NCBI GenBank assembly: GCA_964658305.1
Contig: OZ210885.1
Location: forward strand, 23,126,001 to 23,190,000
Direction of reading: 5' to 3'
Source: Leptogorgia sarmentosa
Taxonomy: Eukaryota
Length of the DNA: 64,000 bases
Positions within the stretch are counted from its first letter, which is position 1. Each line of letters opens with the position of its first letter. The notes under the pieces were generated by a model. It saw nothing but the letters and a program-made list of their open reading frames with translations, did not search any database and was not told the DNA's origin. Both the position numbers and the translations under genes were made by a program. Of the stretch, positions 49,701 to 62,853 are shown piece by piece.

Positions 49701-50541
49701 TGGAATTGACACTATTGAAGAATATCAACAACATCATCATCCAAGACGCCAACCTAGACAAATTGACAAGCAACCTGAGACTGAAGCACGCTTGGGTCTG
49801 AACGAATACTATCGAAAAGAGTTTATTCAGATCCTTGACTACCAAATCACTGCTATTTCTGATAATGTTCAAGTTGCTTTGGATTTCCCTACTTCTTCCA
49901 CGGTACGAAAAAGAAGTGAAAATAGAAGACATCGAGTCCCTTACTGAGTTGCTCCCTTTGTCATTGCAGCCTGACACAGAGGTCTTGGATGTTGAACTTA
50001 CGATGTTTAGACAACATTGTCATGATAACATGCCAGATATCAAAACAGTTGAAGACGCCACACGCTGTGCTAATGAGAGGCAGATAATTTTTCCATTGAC
50101 AAGCAGATGCTTTCAGCTTCTCCTAACAGCGCCAATTACATCCGCATCGAGTGAACACAGCTTTTCCAAGCTTAAATTAATTAACTCCTAAATGGCCGGC
50201 CTCTCAACCTCACAATTTGCCAAGTGTACTTCCGGTTCGAATATCTCCGCGAGTATTGGAGCTTTTTTACCGCACAATACATCATTCAAAAGCTTATAAT
50301 ACCGGCTATCGATTGAAAATGGTTAATTTCACTTCTTGTACACCAATGTCACAAAAATTGCAACATTCTGCATAAATCATGCCAAAAAATGTTGCAATTT
50401 TTTTTACATTTTGCTTAGTTATGCCAAAACAGTGCAAAATGTCAACTTCATCAATATTATGAAAATTTAGCATAGTCTATGTAGCATATGTGTGCCAAGT
50501 CTCATAATAATTGGCTAAAAGGAATTAGTAGAATCATACTC

Positions 50542-50822
50542 GTATACTATTGCAAATGCTGCAATTTGATTGGCTACTCTACTCGCTATCTATTCCTTGA
50601 TAGATAGCAAGTAGCAAAATATGTGAATTCTCATCAAGAAAATGTCTTCTGAGACGCGGTTTTGAATGATTTTTTGCAATATTTTCATGTTTGATCTCTG
50701 ATTCTACTAAAACAATTAGATTACTCGCTCTCGATTTCTACGAGATGATAGTTGATTCGGGCTTTGCCCTCATCAACTATCACCTCATAGAAATCTCGAG
50801 CTCGTAATCTAATTGTTAAGTA
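50542..50822. mobile_element. Small non-coding element with a ~107-bp terminal hairpin (possibly Crypton-like)
   Basis: TGATTGGCTA near the left end; inverted repeat 50711-50817 (AACAATTAGATTAC...GTAATCTAATTGTT). Confidence 0.5.
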
Positions 50823-51853
50823 CAGGGGGTTGCCAAAAAAAAAAGAGCCCCCCCTATTTAAAAAGGGCTTTTTGTGTAAATGTAGACGCACATGCGGTAT
50901 GGATAAAATATATTGCCTCACAAGCATTCAACAAATAGTTCGTGCTAAAAGTGATGGGTTTTAGCCAATCTCACTGTAATCAGTGTGAAACTGTTGCCAT
51001 CGAGGAAGCAAATGAGAAGAAAGGGATAAGAAGAAGATAGGTAGAAACCTTCAATATTGGACTCACCCCGTGCTAGACACGAGTGCTTGGAAAGTAGCAA
51101 CGAATATAGACTCAGCTATTCTTGGGCAAAAAAAGTCGTATGATGGAAAGTGAGAGTGCTGGATGAATGCCAGGTTCTGGAACACCGCACAAGACAAGGA
51201 TTCACGAAGACAGGCTTTTGATGAGAGAGGCTGTTAAGAGATTATCAACTCTCGAATGTTTGCCCAAATATCGCTGACCTTGCACAGCCACTAATAAAGC
51301 GCACATATATGTAACCAAATATCACCATGGACTAAAACGCCGCCTCTGCCAAAAATAAACTGAAAAATTTAATTCAAACAATCTTCAGTCCGATTACTCA
51401 ATGGAGATAACTTAATATGGCAGCATGACAAGGACTTCCAGGAACGATTCGTATTGTGGAATATTATCTGAGGAATCAATTTTAATTGAAAATTGAAGTG
51501 TTCTTTTGCTAACACAAAGCCCAGACCCCAATCCCATTGAGAATTTGCTGCGGATATGAAATGTTCATCTCGAATTGAGGAGTAGTTATTTGAGGAGTCA
51601 GGGTTGGAAGAATAACAACCATGAATACGTTCATAAACTTGTCTAGAACATCCTTGGGTGCAGTCCACAGATCATCAAAGGTTGCGGATATCATATTGCT
51701 TACCAAATGTTGTGTTCTTAGAGTGAAATAGGACTATTTCTCTACATCTCATTTGTCGTGCAATCCTTTTTTTACGACATAAGGAATATGACTTATATAA
51801 ACTGTTTATTTCTGTGTGAGACAAGGGGGCTCTTTTTTTTTGGCAACCTCCTG
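50823..51853 (+). mobile_element. Decayed Tc1 element (1.03 kb)
   Basis: TA TSD, ~30-bp TIRs CAGG(G/A)GGTTGCCA(n)GAGCCCCC, relic motifs IWQHDKD and QSPDPNPIEN at ~51415-51545. Confidence 0.85.
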
Positions 51854-53134
51854 TATATTTTTTTATTGTTTGAAATTCACCCTCCAAAAGTAGTGAAGTC
51901 TTGTCTAGTGTTCCTGTTCCATGTGCATGGCACAAATTTTGCCGCAAATCAATGAAATTCAAGCTTCTGGGGCATTACATCATTCCGAATCGTTTTCCGA
52001 GGCCTTTAGGTCCGTAGGGTGAAAGTATCCTACGATTTCGTGCCCCCAAAGAATGCCGACGGGTTACGACTGCTACGCGACGCACACGCTTTTCCGAAAA
52101 TGTCCATAAAAGTATTTGTTTACATGGTAATAACACAAAATTTGAGATAAATAAAGTTTTCAATATGAGGATTCCATTGGTGGTATTGCGGTCATGATAG
52201 CTTTTAATCGAACAAAGATTTTGCCCAACAAAGTTCAATATATGTTTGTTGTAACAAACTGTGATGCGTCATTTTTCAGAAATACAAAATTTAACATTTT
52301 AAAAGACGATAAATCTTTTGAATTACATCATAAGTGAACTAAATTTGATTCTTTTAGAAGATCTGAAAATGACGGTTTTAATGGTCGAAATCTACCTATT
52401 TTTGGCCCACCGGTCGATGAGGAGTTAAAACTGCTATTCGTTCTGCAATGAAAAAAAAACAGACTGAAGGATCTGATCACTCTTGGATGTGAAAAGGATC
52501 TCACAGATACTATTGTTGATCGATGGGCTGAGCTGCCAAAAATACAACGCCTTGTTCGTGTGAGGTGATCCCAATGTCATTTTGGTGATCATTGTGATAA
52601 AAGCTGATTCAAAACTTTAAGAACTGATTTGACTGGCTCAAATCTATTGCTAATTGCTATTTTTTGTCACTTTTCAACGGATATTTACTTTTAGTTGAGA
52701 ATAGGCACACACTATGGAATACCTTTGAAAGATTATTGAGCTCCCCAAGCCAACGCCACATACTGTACATAATGTTTTACCTACTTGCTCGGCTGTGTGC
52801 TGCTACCATGTATCAAGCACTGTGACATTAAACGGAACGCTTTAAGCCCGCCACACACGAGAGCTCTTAGCTGAGCTAACAGCCACGCGAGGTCGTAGCT
52901 CAACCTTGTACCCAGGGTCTTTGAACCTTCGTTTGGGCTGCGGCGAAGACCCTGGTTCAGGCTGGTCACGTGACACCCAAAATTTCTTTGTTCCTAGGGG
53001 GGGTGGACTAGAACGGCACAGACTTTTTACGCGCAAAACCATTTCCGGTTGACTTTCGCGACTTATCAAGAGCGGGCAAATTGTAAATTCACGATAGTGC
53101 CTTGCAGTTTTCACTTTTCACAACCATTTCTAAG

Positions 53135-54768
53135 ATGCGGCAAGACTCAAAATGTATGGTTTTCCTACAATGTTTGAATTTTGCTATTGTGAATAGCTTG
53201 TACTTTTCTGTCATCCTCAAACCAAAGCAGGTAATTTGCTTGGAGAAGATATTTCTGGGGTTGGATGTACTAGCTGTTCTTCCAACTGGTTATGGGAAGT
53301 CACTTATTTTTCATCTTTTACCGTTGTTGTTGTGTTCCAAAGAAATTGCTGAAGACGGTATTCAACGCTCGATTAGTTTGTGTGATTTGACCTCAATCGT
53401 AATCGTAATATGCCCTCTTAACTCGCTCATCAACGACCAAGTTCGTAAACTGCTCACCACAGGCCTCAAAGTGTCGGTATTGAATATCAAAGCCAAGAAT
53501 ACAGACGATCTCGACGACGAAGATGTTCTGTGTGATGTTGTTGATCTTGCCAAGAAGGGAAAATTATTAGCAGGCTATTACAACTTGGTATTCTCACATC
53601 CCGAAGCATTGCTCTCTAGTAAATTTGGCCGCGATATTATGAACAGTGCGTCGTATCAAAAGAACGTTTGCGCTCTGGTTATTGATGAAGCTCATTACAT
53701 AATAGAATGGTATTGTAATTAAATATCCTATTATTTTTTGTCAGGTTGGGAATGAAATACATTTCTCTTTTTTGTTGAGAACACACGCAACAAATTCCAA
53801 CAACGTCATAACTTGAAATCAATGTAAAATTTATACTATACAGGCTAATACTATATACCATGTTATATTTTTAAAAACAGACCTAAAATTTGTTATTGTA
53901 TTTTAGTGCTTACATTTTTGCTTATCATGAATCTTACATATCGACAATTACTTTGCACTAAGAACATCATTTTGAATTTTAGGGGAGATGACTTCAGGTA
54001 AGATTATGGAAAGCTTGGCATGCTTTGTGCAACTTTTCCAAATGCCCCAGTACACTGCAAATAAGAAGGACAGAAAGATAATACATGAATCCCTGGGTTT
54101 AAAGAACTGTGTGGAGTTGGTGGCAAATCCTGATCGTAAAAACATATTTTATGAGACATCTTTTCGTGAAGGACATTTGTCTACCAATTGCCAACAAAGT
54201 ACTTGCCATGGGAATTTATTATCCCTTGACAATCATATACATGCCTCTGAAATGGCGTGGGTTTGTATATAGGATGTTTGAGAGTATCATGGGCATTAAT
54301 CAGTATTATCCACCTGGTTCTTTGCCAATACCTAAAAACAGACTGTTTGCCCAGTTTCATGCTCCTCAAACAAGTGCTATGAAAGATGAAATATTGTGCC
54401 AGCTGAGTTCACAGACCCCCACCCTGAGAGTGGTTTTTGCAACGGTTGCATTTGGAATGGGCGTTGACATACGTAATGTCAGACAAATCATTCATATTGG
54501 ACCACCACATACTATACGGGAATATTTCCAAGAGACTGGTAGGGCAGGTAGAGATGGTGGATCCTCAAAGGCCATCCTTTATTACAACAATAGGGATATT
54601 GCTAAGAACAAACCTGGCATCCAAGAAGAAATAAGGATGTACTGCAGGAGCAAAGGTGTGTGTTATTGCTGCAATATCTTGATGTTGAACAACCAGTTCC
54701 AGTTACACCTGGCCATACCTGTTGCAGTGTGTGTAAAGATACATGTGTATGTATTGAATGTACTTTGA
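53135..54768 (+). pseudogene. RecQ-family helicase of AcademH, decayed
   Basis: LPTGYGKS, VICPLNSLINDQ, IDEAH, ATVAFGMGVD, YFQETGRAGRDG. Intron at ~53709-53981; frameshifts and deletions. Confidence 0.88.
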
Positions 54769-55488
54769 TTCACTGATTTTTTTCTACATTTATGCATGTT
54801 CTGAAACACTGGACAAACATCACATTTCTAAAACGTTTAAATCAGCATTTGACGCTGAGCAAAATGTTGTGGAATATTTCCAATGTATGGGAACCTTAAA
54901 GTATAATACTATTTATCTTTCAAACTATTGATAACAGAAAAGTGATTTTTGCCTGTTGTTCAGAGAATATTGTATTATAGTTATGTATCACCTACTTGGG
55001 CTCATTACAAGCATTGAAATAACATTTTATTTGGATGAATCACTTCCATTAATGTATATAGTGCACAATTTTTTTTTTTTAATGTAGGTATATATTACAG
55101 TTATGAAATTATTATAAAAGTTTTTAATTTTGTCAACTCCAAACAAATCCCAACTTAATAAAATAAGAGAAACAAAATAAGTTAATTAACAGTGCTCATG
55201 TAAACATGATTACCCAATATGTACATATTCACATTTTGTTCTATCCCAAATTCACAATCATTAATCATAGTAAAAAAGGAGAAAACTATATGATGGAAAT
55301 GTACATTGTTGGTTAATCAGTAGCTGGCAATGCACCCAAAATTGCCTAGCATTTTATTCAATGTTAGGCAACAAACTTGTCTGCTGAAGAGTATGGGCCA
55401 GAGAAGAGATATGTACCAATACATGTGCTGTTTGAACTAAATGTCATTAAATAGCCGCCAGTGTTTTTCACTATATATCAATGTCAAC

Positions 55489-58420
55489 TCAAATTATTTC
55501 ATCTTCATCCTCTGAAGATGAGTCAACTGGTGCACGTTTTAGGAGGTTCTTCTTATGCCTGTTAAGCCACTCATGAAATGCTGTGTAGTCAAGGGTATGC
55601 AGTGTATCTGATGACGCATCTGTAAAACCATCATGCTCTCGACTCTCAATATAATCAAAGGGTTTCAAACCAACCAGATCAGATATGATTATGTTCTCAT
55701 CCTTGATAGAAGTCTTATGGCTGTGTTCTGATGACTTTACCTTTATACCCAAAGCAGAATCAACAGCTTCCACAATTTTCATTGTACCTCCTGCTGCCCG
55801 ACTTAACCGTTCAATGGCCTTTGGTGTTTTGTTGGCTCCCATTCCTTTAATCCCTTTCTTGACCTCCCTGTTAAGGTTTTCCTGTAGCAGGTCTATTTCG
55901 AGATTGTGAGGTCCTCCTCTCAAGTTAGCAGTTGATGCCCATCTTGTCTGATGAGCCTGTGCTTCTGTTAAAAAAACTTCATTCTGCAATATGCTAATGA
56001 ACATTTCAATTGCATAGCTATTGTGACCGCCATCACTTCAAGAAATTTCTCTTGCAGTGCCAGTCAGCACACTTCACTGGATATATATGGTCAGTCCGAT
56101 CCTTTGCAGTGTGACATCCAGCTCTTAAGTCCTTAGCTCCAGCAATCCGAACTCTAGTAAGTTGGTCACCATAACATGGAACTTTAATCTTTGCTAGGGG
56201 GTCATTGGGATCGGCAGCAGGATGAACATGTGATAAAGGTTGATCGGGATTTGTTGTAGATGGTAGAGTGGTTTCCAGTTCAGAACTCAAATCTTCATTG
56301 AGGGAAACTTCCCTTGGTTTTCCATAAATTTGGTGAATCCATGCCTCCAGATGATCTAGAACGTCAACAATTTCAGCATATTTTTTCTCATCTTTGAAAA
56401 GAACAGGGAAGGGCACAATCAATGATCTTCCTTGCATTTCAGCTTTATACTGCATTGGATACTGCAATCTCCATCACCACATCCTTCAGGAACTGGAATG
56501 CAGGAAAAAACTCAAAGTATTTGTCCTGCTATCAAAACATATTCTTGTCTTTGTGTCTCCAGATCACTGTCCGAAAGTTCTATCAATTTTGACACATCAC
56601 AGGCAGCTAATGATTGTTGTGGTTCATTGTCTGGTAAGTGTTTTGATTGAACCCTGTCAAATACCAGTGATGTTGCCACAGCATGGACACTTTGATTTTG
56701 GTTGTCTGACCTCATCTCATGCACCTTCACATCCCAGTCGATGTTGTCAATCACAAATGAAAATGTCTTTCCAGCCTTGACCTCCTCAACAACTTTATCC
56801 ATGAAATGGCTGCCAATTTCATCGTGTATGGTGTATTTTGTTGTCTTTCCAAGGCATATGCCAAGCTTGTTGAATCTCTCATATACCTTTAGGATGAAAT
56901 AAAAGTTCGATCTATGTAAGGATCTGAAAATTATTGATATTTCCAATGCTGGTGGTACAATAGCCCTACTATGTATATAGGGTTTATAGAAAATTAAACC
57001 CTTCCAAATTAAAATTCTTATAGCATATTGTATTATTTTAAATGCTCAAATTGCTTCCAACTAATGAATATATAAAAACACAAAGGTTCTACTTGAATAT
57101 ATATACCCTCTATTTCTCTAAGAATGTTTTGCCTGAAAGACACAGACACAAGTTCAAAGAAATGAACAACTAATAAATAGAACTAATATCCTCACCTATT
57201 GATATTGACTTGAAAATTTTGTACAGTATTAAATTTGAGGTAATTGTATCCCATAATTATTCCATACATTTTTCGAAGTATGGAAAACGCGGGAAATTAC
57301 GTCCTGTACTCATTAGCATAAATGCTATTAATTCGTCGCGTAAACCAGGCCTTGGCACCGTGCAAAAAATAGGATAGAACATGCATCAGGATTGTCATTA
57401 TGTTATACATAAAAAAACATTGAGGACATTTCTGCTGGCACCTATGAAAACAACATTGACAACACAATACAAAGTACAAAAGAACCGTAAATCGCTCAGT
57501 AAATGGAACAGACGAACAGACGTACATCTCTAAATAATTTGAAAACGTGTAAAAAGCTTTTGCACATCAGCTTTATTGTTCTCCAAATTGCAACACCAAT
57601 TAAAAAATAAACATGCTCATACCTCCCAGGTTGCGAGGCTATTGCTTTAAACTGATACGATTTATCTCAGTAGTAAAAAAACATTTGTGAATGTTTAGCA
57701 ATGTAGAGAACTGAGTCTGATAGAGACTATTAAACGGCAACTGATTGAAGAAAACTATTTGCAAATTTTAGTTTATTTTACCTCCATGTTAGCGTTGCTG
57801 TCCGCCAGTAAGACGGTGTTGTTACGCTGCAAAAAGCTCAATTCATGGTATCGCTTGAACATAACCATACCGTAGACCAGACATAAAGGGGCGATCTTTT
57901 TCTCCTCGTAATATCCTAATTCTAATAGTTCTGACAAGATTCTGAATACAACGGGGCACAATGTTTTTAGTTCATCTACGATGGATTCCAGTGAGAACAA
58001 ACTGAGTGCGTCAAAATCTCTCCTGCGAAGAACGGACGCCGTGTTTCTCAATGCTACATTTCTCAGTTCATCATTCATGGCTGCGAGTATGTTTTGAAAT
58101 GGAACTGATTCATAAGACACGGGCCTGGACTTCTGCGTTGCATACACAAACTGCAAAATGAATGCATAATATTTTCATCGGAGTTGCTTTCCAAAACTTA
58201 TTAAATAGCCTGATGAAACAGACGACTTAATTAGCGTGAAACTGCATACAAAATAAACCTTATGCCGTGATTTTAAGGTCATACCTTGGATTGTGTAGTT
58301 GCTACACTTCTGACTTCTTTGTCATGTGTAAAGGACAGACTTCGACGACTTGCAGGCGACTTTCTCCTTTGAGGAAGTTGAGTCTGACGTAACAATACGG
58401 GAGGACTTTGAACAAGCTGG
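55489..58420 (-). pseudogene. Academ transposase, multi-exon, internally deleted
   Basis: FVIDNIDW, YGDQLTRVR, ADWH, NLEIDLLQENLNREVK...MGANKT. Confidence 0.85.
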
Positions 58421-58581
58421 AGTTCGTTCACTAGGATAGAACGACCATCATCTTTACAAAATTTTGTTTTGAACCTTGGATCAATCGTTGTAGCCAATAC
58501 AAAGTTCTTATTAGAGAAAGCTGCTCTGAATCTCCTTTCCAAAGCACTGCCCAGCTCATCGCGCATTGTACGTGCTCCAGC
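58420..58581 (-). pseudogene. hAT (ZBED-like) transposase, continuation after the 58582-62853 insertion
   Basis: GARTMRDELGSALERRF...LATTIDPRFK joins in frame to ...DDGEKAA once the insertion and one TSD copy are removed. Confidence 0.85.
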
Positions 58582-61500
58582 TAGCAAGGGTAAATAATCT
58601 TTAGCCAATCAGAGCGTTTGTTGACATTTTACGCTCTAGACCAATCAGAATGCGTAAAAGTTACAGAATGTAAACAAAAGGAGTGAAGAAAGATACCTTC
58701 ATTCTAAACCTTCCGTGCCGTTCGATATTTACTTGTTCGCTTTCAAACTGATAATTTCCTATAAAACAGTCTTTCATCTCAATTTTTACCGTGGGGATTT
58801 TTAAATTTTCATTTACAACGCGAAATATATGTGTTTGAATATATAGCTTTTGACGCGTGTAAAGTGCCGGATTATACAATTGAAATCTACATTCATCTAA
58901 TTGTGTAATGTACAATTTACTATAAAAACTATGATTGTACACTAGAAGATAGTCCTTCGTTATCAAAGAATATGAAAAGCATTACTGGCGTTTCTATATT
59001 TCGCAATATACGAGAAGATATTCTTATCACTGACGTGTGTCCGGTTCATGCAAAATTTTCATGTTATTTGATACATAATACATTTTACACTGGTTATTTG
59101 TTGTGGCGCCACTGGTTTATAAATTCGAGCAAATCACTCACTGCTGCGCCATTTTGGTCCTCTTCTTCGATCGGTACATCGTCATCGCTTTCTTCATCTT
59201 CTTGGTCACTTTGATTATGGCTTTCATCAGCTGATTTTCCAACGTTAATCGAAGATGAAACGGCATTGTTTGCAGTCTGTCCAAGAGATTCGATCTTTTC
59301 CAATATCGTAGCGTGACAAAGTGGACAAGTACCGATCTCAGGCAGTATGCACAGAACATGGAACGAATGTCCACATCCTTGAAGAACTTTCCAAATTGGG
59401 CTATTGCTGGTGCAGTCAGGCAAGTCACAATTTCTATTGAATAATATAATAATTTTATATAATATGTATTAATATTTTGTTTGAATGTACAATTCTATCT
59501 AATTTTATTGAGTTTTCTAAATTACGACTGAATTCAGAAATCAATTAGATCGATATTTATAGGCAGAATTTTTAAGCCAATCCAAATCATAACTTTCAAC
59601 CTGTGATCTTGGTTTACGTCTGAAAGAAATACATTGCAATTTAAAGTACCACTAGTAATTTACCTGTCAGGATTTGGTGGGGTTTCAACAGAGATAAACC
59701 CTAGAGGAAGTACACGGTTGGTGACAACCTTCTCTCCAAACAGATTGGGAAGATTCCATTTAGTAGTATGCTTGGGTTGTCTCCGGGCTTGAGGTTGTTG
59801 GACTGCCATGCCAGGGTGGTAATAAATTGTTTCAAACTTTAGTGCAAGAAATTTGGCTGCTTTCTCTTTCAACTTACATATTCTCTTGTTGCTGAAATGA
59901 AATTTCCTTGGAGGTACAAATACTGATTGAAATGTATGAAGTTCATGTTTGCAAGCATCAATCTCTTTTGCCTTGAATGAGATTTCATCTGCTGTGTCAG
60001 TCTCTTTGGTTCGTCTTCGTAATACAGAATGGAAGTTCTCAACTGCATATTCATCAAATCCTACCAAGTTTTGTCGCAGAGTTTCAAACATAGTTGGCAC
60101 GTTTTCTTGTAAGTGCAAAAATGTTGAAAGCATAATTAGCAATGCTTTGTTGTAGTGACCTCTTTGGAATACAACAAACATAACCCAGCAGTGGAGCAAT
60201 GACTGACAGAAGAGTTCATACTTGTTACACTTGAACACAATGGAGTAGATACTCAAAACTAATGGGGCATAATTGTCAAGGAGGTTCAAGAGTGTTAGGA
60301 ATTCAATGTCCTTGCATTTGTGGAAAACTGACAATATTGAGTCATGTATAAGTGTCCATCCCCCATATATTACCTCCAATAATAATGATATTCTCCATGG
60401 CTTTGGTTTTTTTGCTAGTTTTGCTTTCTTTCCAAATAGAAATGAGTAAAGGTCGGCAAATACTTGGTGGAAATTCAGGAGGACACACTCTCTGGCATTC
60501 AGCGAAATGTGTAATGGACCAATAAAAGGAACAACATTCTTCAGAGATGAAGGTACTGAAGGATCATTAGAGTAGATCAGCTGACGGAGGAAGAATTGCA
60601 TTGGCCAATCACCAACAAATGGAGCAATAAAATTACTGAGATAAACATTTAGACCACTAGAAAGCATTTTGTTCATTGCCGTGAGCACATTTTCGCATGA
60701 TTTCAGATCCAATTGTATGCTGTCGACAAGCTTGGTGTTATCCATGGACCTCATCTGCTGAATCTCAGTTTGTTGGTAGTCATGAACAAGGAGCCGCTGC
60801 CTTTCTGATTCCGGATCAAAGTATGCGGCTAATACCCAATCAGGCATGGTTTCAGCATATGACTTTGACAGGATGGACATGTTGCTGGAGACAAAGCTTT
60901 TAACATCTAGGATCTCAACAGGGGATTCAGGTTGAACATTATTACCATAATGTGGGACTGCCTCAACACTTGGAAAAACTTTCAGAAGAAGAGTGGTCAT
61001 GTGGATTGCTTGCGTTTGAGTGTTTGCCTCTGGCCGATGATGTGTGTGTATGTTGTGGTAATCGTCAATACAGAAGATGATGAACTGATTCTTCTCAATT
61101 GCTGATTCAATGAAGGTAAGAACACCATTCAAGTGATTAGATGTTGATGATTTTGCTGAAACTTTAACAGTTTGTGGATGAGCAGCAATACCAAGATTTC
61201 GGAGAGATTCAAGTCCTCGTTTAGTGATACCAAACTGTTCTAGAATTCGGGATAGAGCTATTTGGAATGCATTTGATTTTTGGGATTGGGAGTACATCAT
61301 GATGTAAATTATTACCATTGTTCTGATACCACTAAGCTGTTTACGTTCTTCAGACATGTTATCAGATGATATGGAATCTCTTATGCACTTGTAAAGATTA
61401 TTGGCACCAGCATCACTGCATATTTTCTCGAACACATTGGGGTCCATTTCTGGCTGAGCTGAATTTGAAATGAAAGACCTGATTTTAAAGATATCATTCT

Positions 61501-62853
61501 TGAAATCAGAGCTAAGAGATGCTTTTTCCACTAATTCTTTATATTCTTCCTTTTCAAGGAAAACACCATCAGTTGTCTGGCACTCTTTCTCTGCAACTTG
61601 TTTGAAATCTTGACTGCTGTCAACTCCTTAGCTTGGTGAACTCAAGGTTATTGTAGTGGAATCACTTGATTGGCTATTAGAGGGCTGTCCGATGTCACTG
61701 GAAATTACATGACTTAGACTCTGTGCTACAGGTGAACTGGCTGTGGTTGTTGAAGCACTGCTCAATTGGCTACTGTTCTGCTGATTAACACTTTCCTCTA
61801 TTGGCTCCATGTCTTCGTTTGTAGCTTGTTCTTCAGTTGTACCTTGCAACATTTCAGGCTACAATGCATCATGTGATTGTATATATTAGTATTTGACTGC
61901 ATGCAAATTTACAAAACCCCAAAAGAAAATTCTCTTCATACTAATATGTTCTTCTAATACTGATGATGTTTTACACATACCTGTCTTCCCACTTTGCTTT
62001 TTAATTCATTAGCCTGATCATTTGGAAGCAGTTTAGTGAAGTTGCGTTTTGTAAAACACGCGTTAAGACATGTTATGCACAAGTTTTTTATAGCATGGCT
62101 TTTCCCTAACTCTTTTTCGACGTAGTTTTCAAAAACAGTCCCAATACCAACTAAGCCCAGAGCTCGTAGATTTATAATTTTTTCTCCTTCTCGTTTTGAC
62201 CACATTTTGTGGAAAGGGTTGCTGCATATTCGCTGAAATCTTGGCATTTCTGCAAGTATTTGTTGAGATTAAGACTTGCTCGAAAAAAGAACAACTTTAC
62301 CGTGAAAAGCGCGCGAAACGTTTGCTGCCGAATAGTGCCGATGAACGAAGTCATCAGTCATGTAAATGTATTGTAATACATTGCACGAATAGTTTGCAGT
62401 CACTATTATCCTCTGTTTCTTTCATTTTTTGTTTATTTGCAAGGAGTTTGAGTTGTAAAACATTTAAAATTACATATTTTATAAACTTTCTTGTAATTCC
62501 TTAGTTTTTATAGTAAATTGTAAATTACACAATTAGATGAATGTAGATTTGTATCAATTGTATAATCCGGCACTTTACACACGTCAAAAGCTATATATTC
62601 AAACACATATATTTCGCGTTGTAAATGAAAATTTAAAAATCCGCACGGTAGAAATTGAGATAAGACTGTTTTATAGGAATTTATCAGTTTGAAAGCGAAC
62701 AAGTAAATATCGAACGGCACGGAAGGTTTAGAATGAAGGTATCTTTCTTCACTCCTTTTGTTTACATTCTGTAACTTTTACGCATTCTGATTGGTCTAGA
62801 GCGTAAAATGTCAACAAACGCTCTGATTGGCTAAAGATTATTTACCCTTGCTA
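58582..62853 (-). mobile_element. Full-length Academ-like DNA transposon with ~350-bp TIRs and 7-bp TSD
   Basis: TAGCAAGGGTAAATAATC... (58582-~58931) and its reverse complement (~62502-62853). CTCCAGC duplicated at 58575-58581 and 62854-62860. Confidence 0.92.
59094..62247 (-). CDS. Academ-like DDE transposase with C-terminal RING-H2-type finger, 3 exons, ~933 aa, one in-frame stop
   Basis: Exons 62247-61981, 61858-59664 and 59433-59094 with GT-AG and matching phases; TAA at 61628-61630. Motifs FCIDDYHNIH, FVGDWP, GPLH, DEYAVENFHS. RING: C-x4-C...CGHSFHVLC...CPLC. Confidence 0.75.

Larger units (their letters stand above)
50185..52424. mobile_element. Non-autonomous piggyBac-like element with nested inserts
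   Basis: Perfect TTAA TSD (50181-50184, 52425-52428); imperfect TIR CTCCTAAATGGCCGG / CTCCTCATCGACCGG. Removal restores the hAT frame. Confidence 0.8.
47521..52570 (+). pseudogene. hAT transposase (ZMYM1-like), frameshifted, split by an insertion at 50185-52424
   Basis: AFCFVCQLF, LARQGIAFRG..GNF, YLSSRSQNE, IADTTP, QSYDYTSSMSG, PCLAHRVN; dimerisation motif SEHSFSKLKLI|KTAIRSAM...RLKDLITLGCEKD across the insertion. Confidence 0.9.
52901..58420. mobile_element. AcademH-type DNA transposon, truncated at right
   Basis: Left terminus CAACCTTGTACCCAGGGTCTT with a hairpin (…AAGACCCTGG); convergent RecQ helicase and Academ transposase. Confidence 0.8.
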
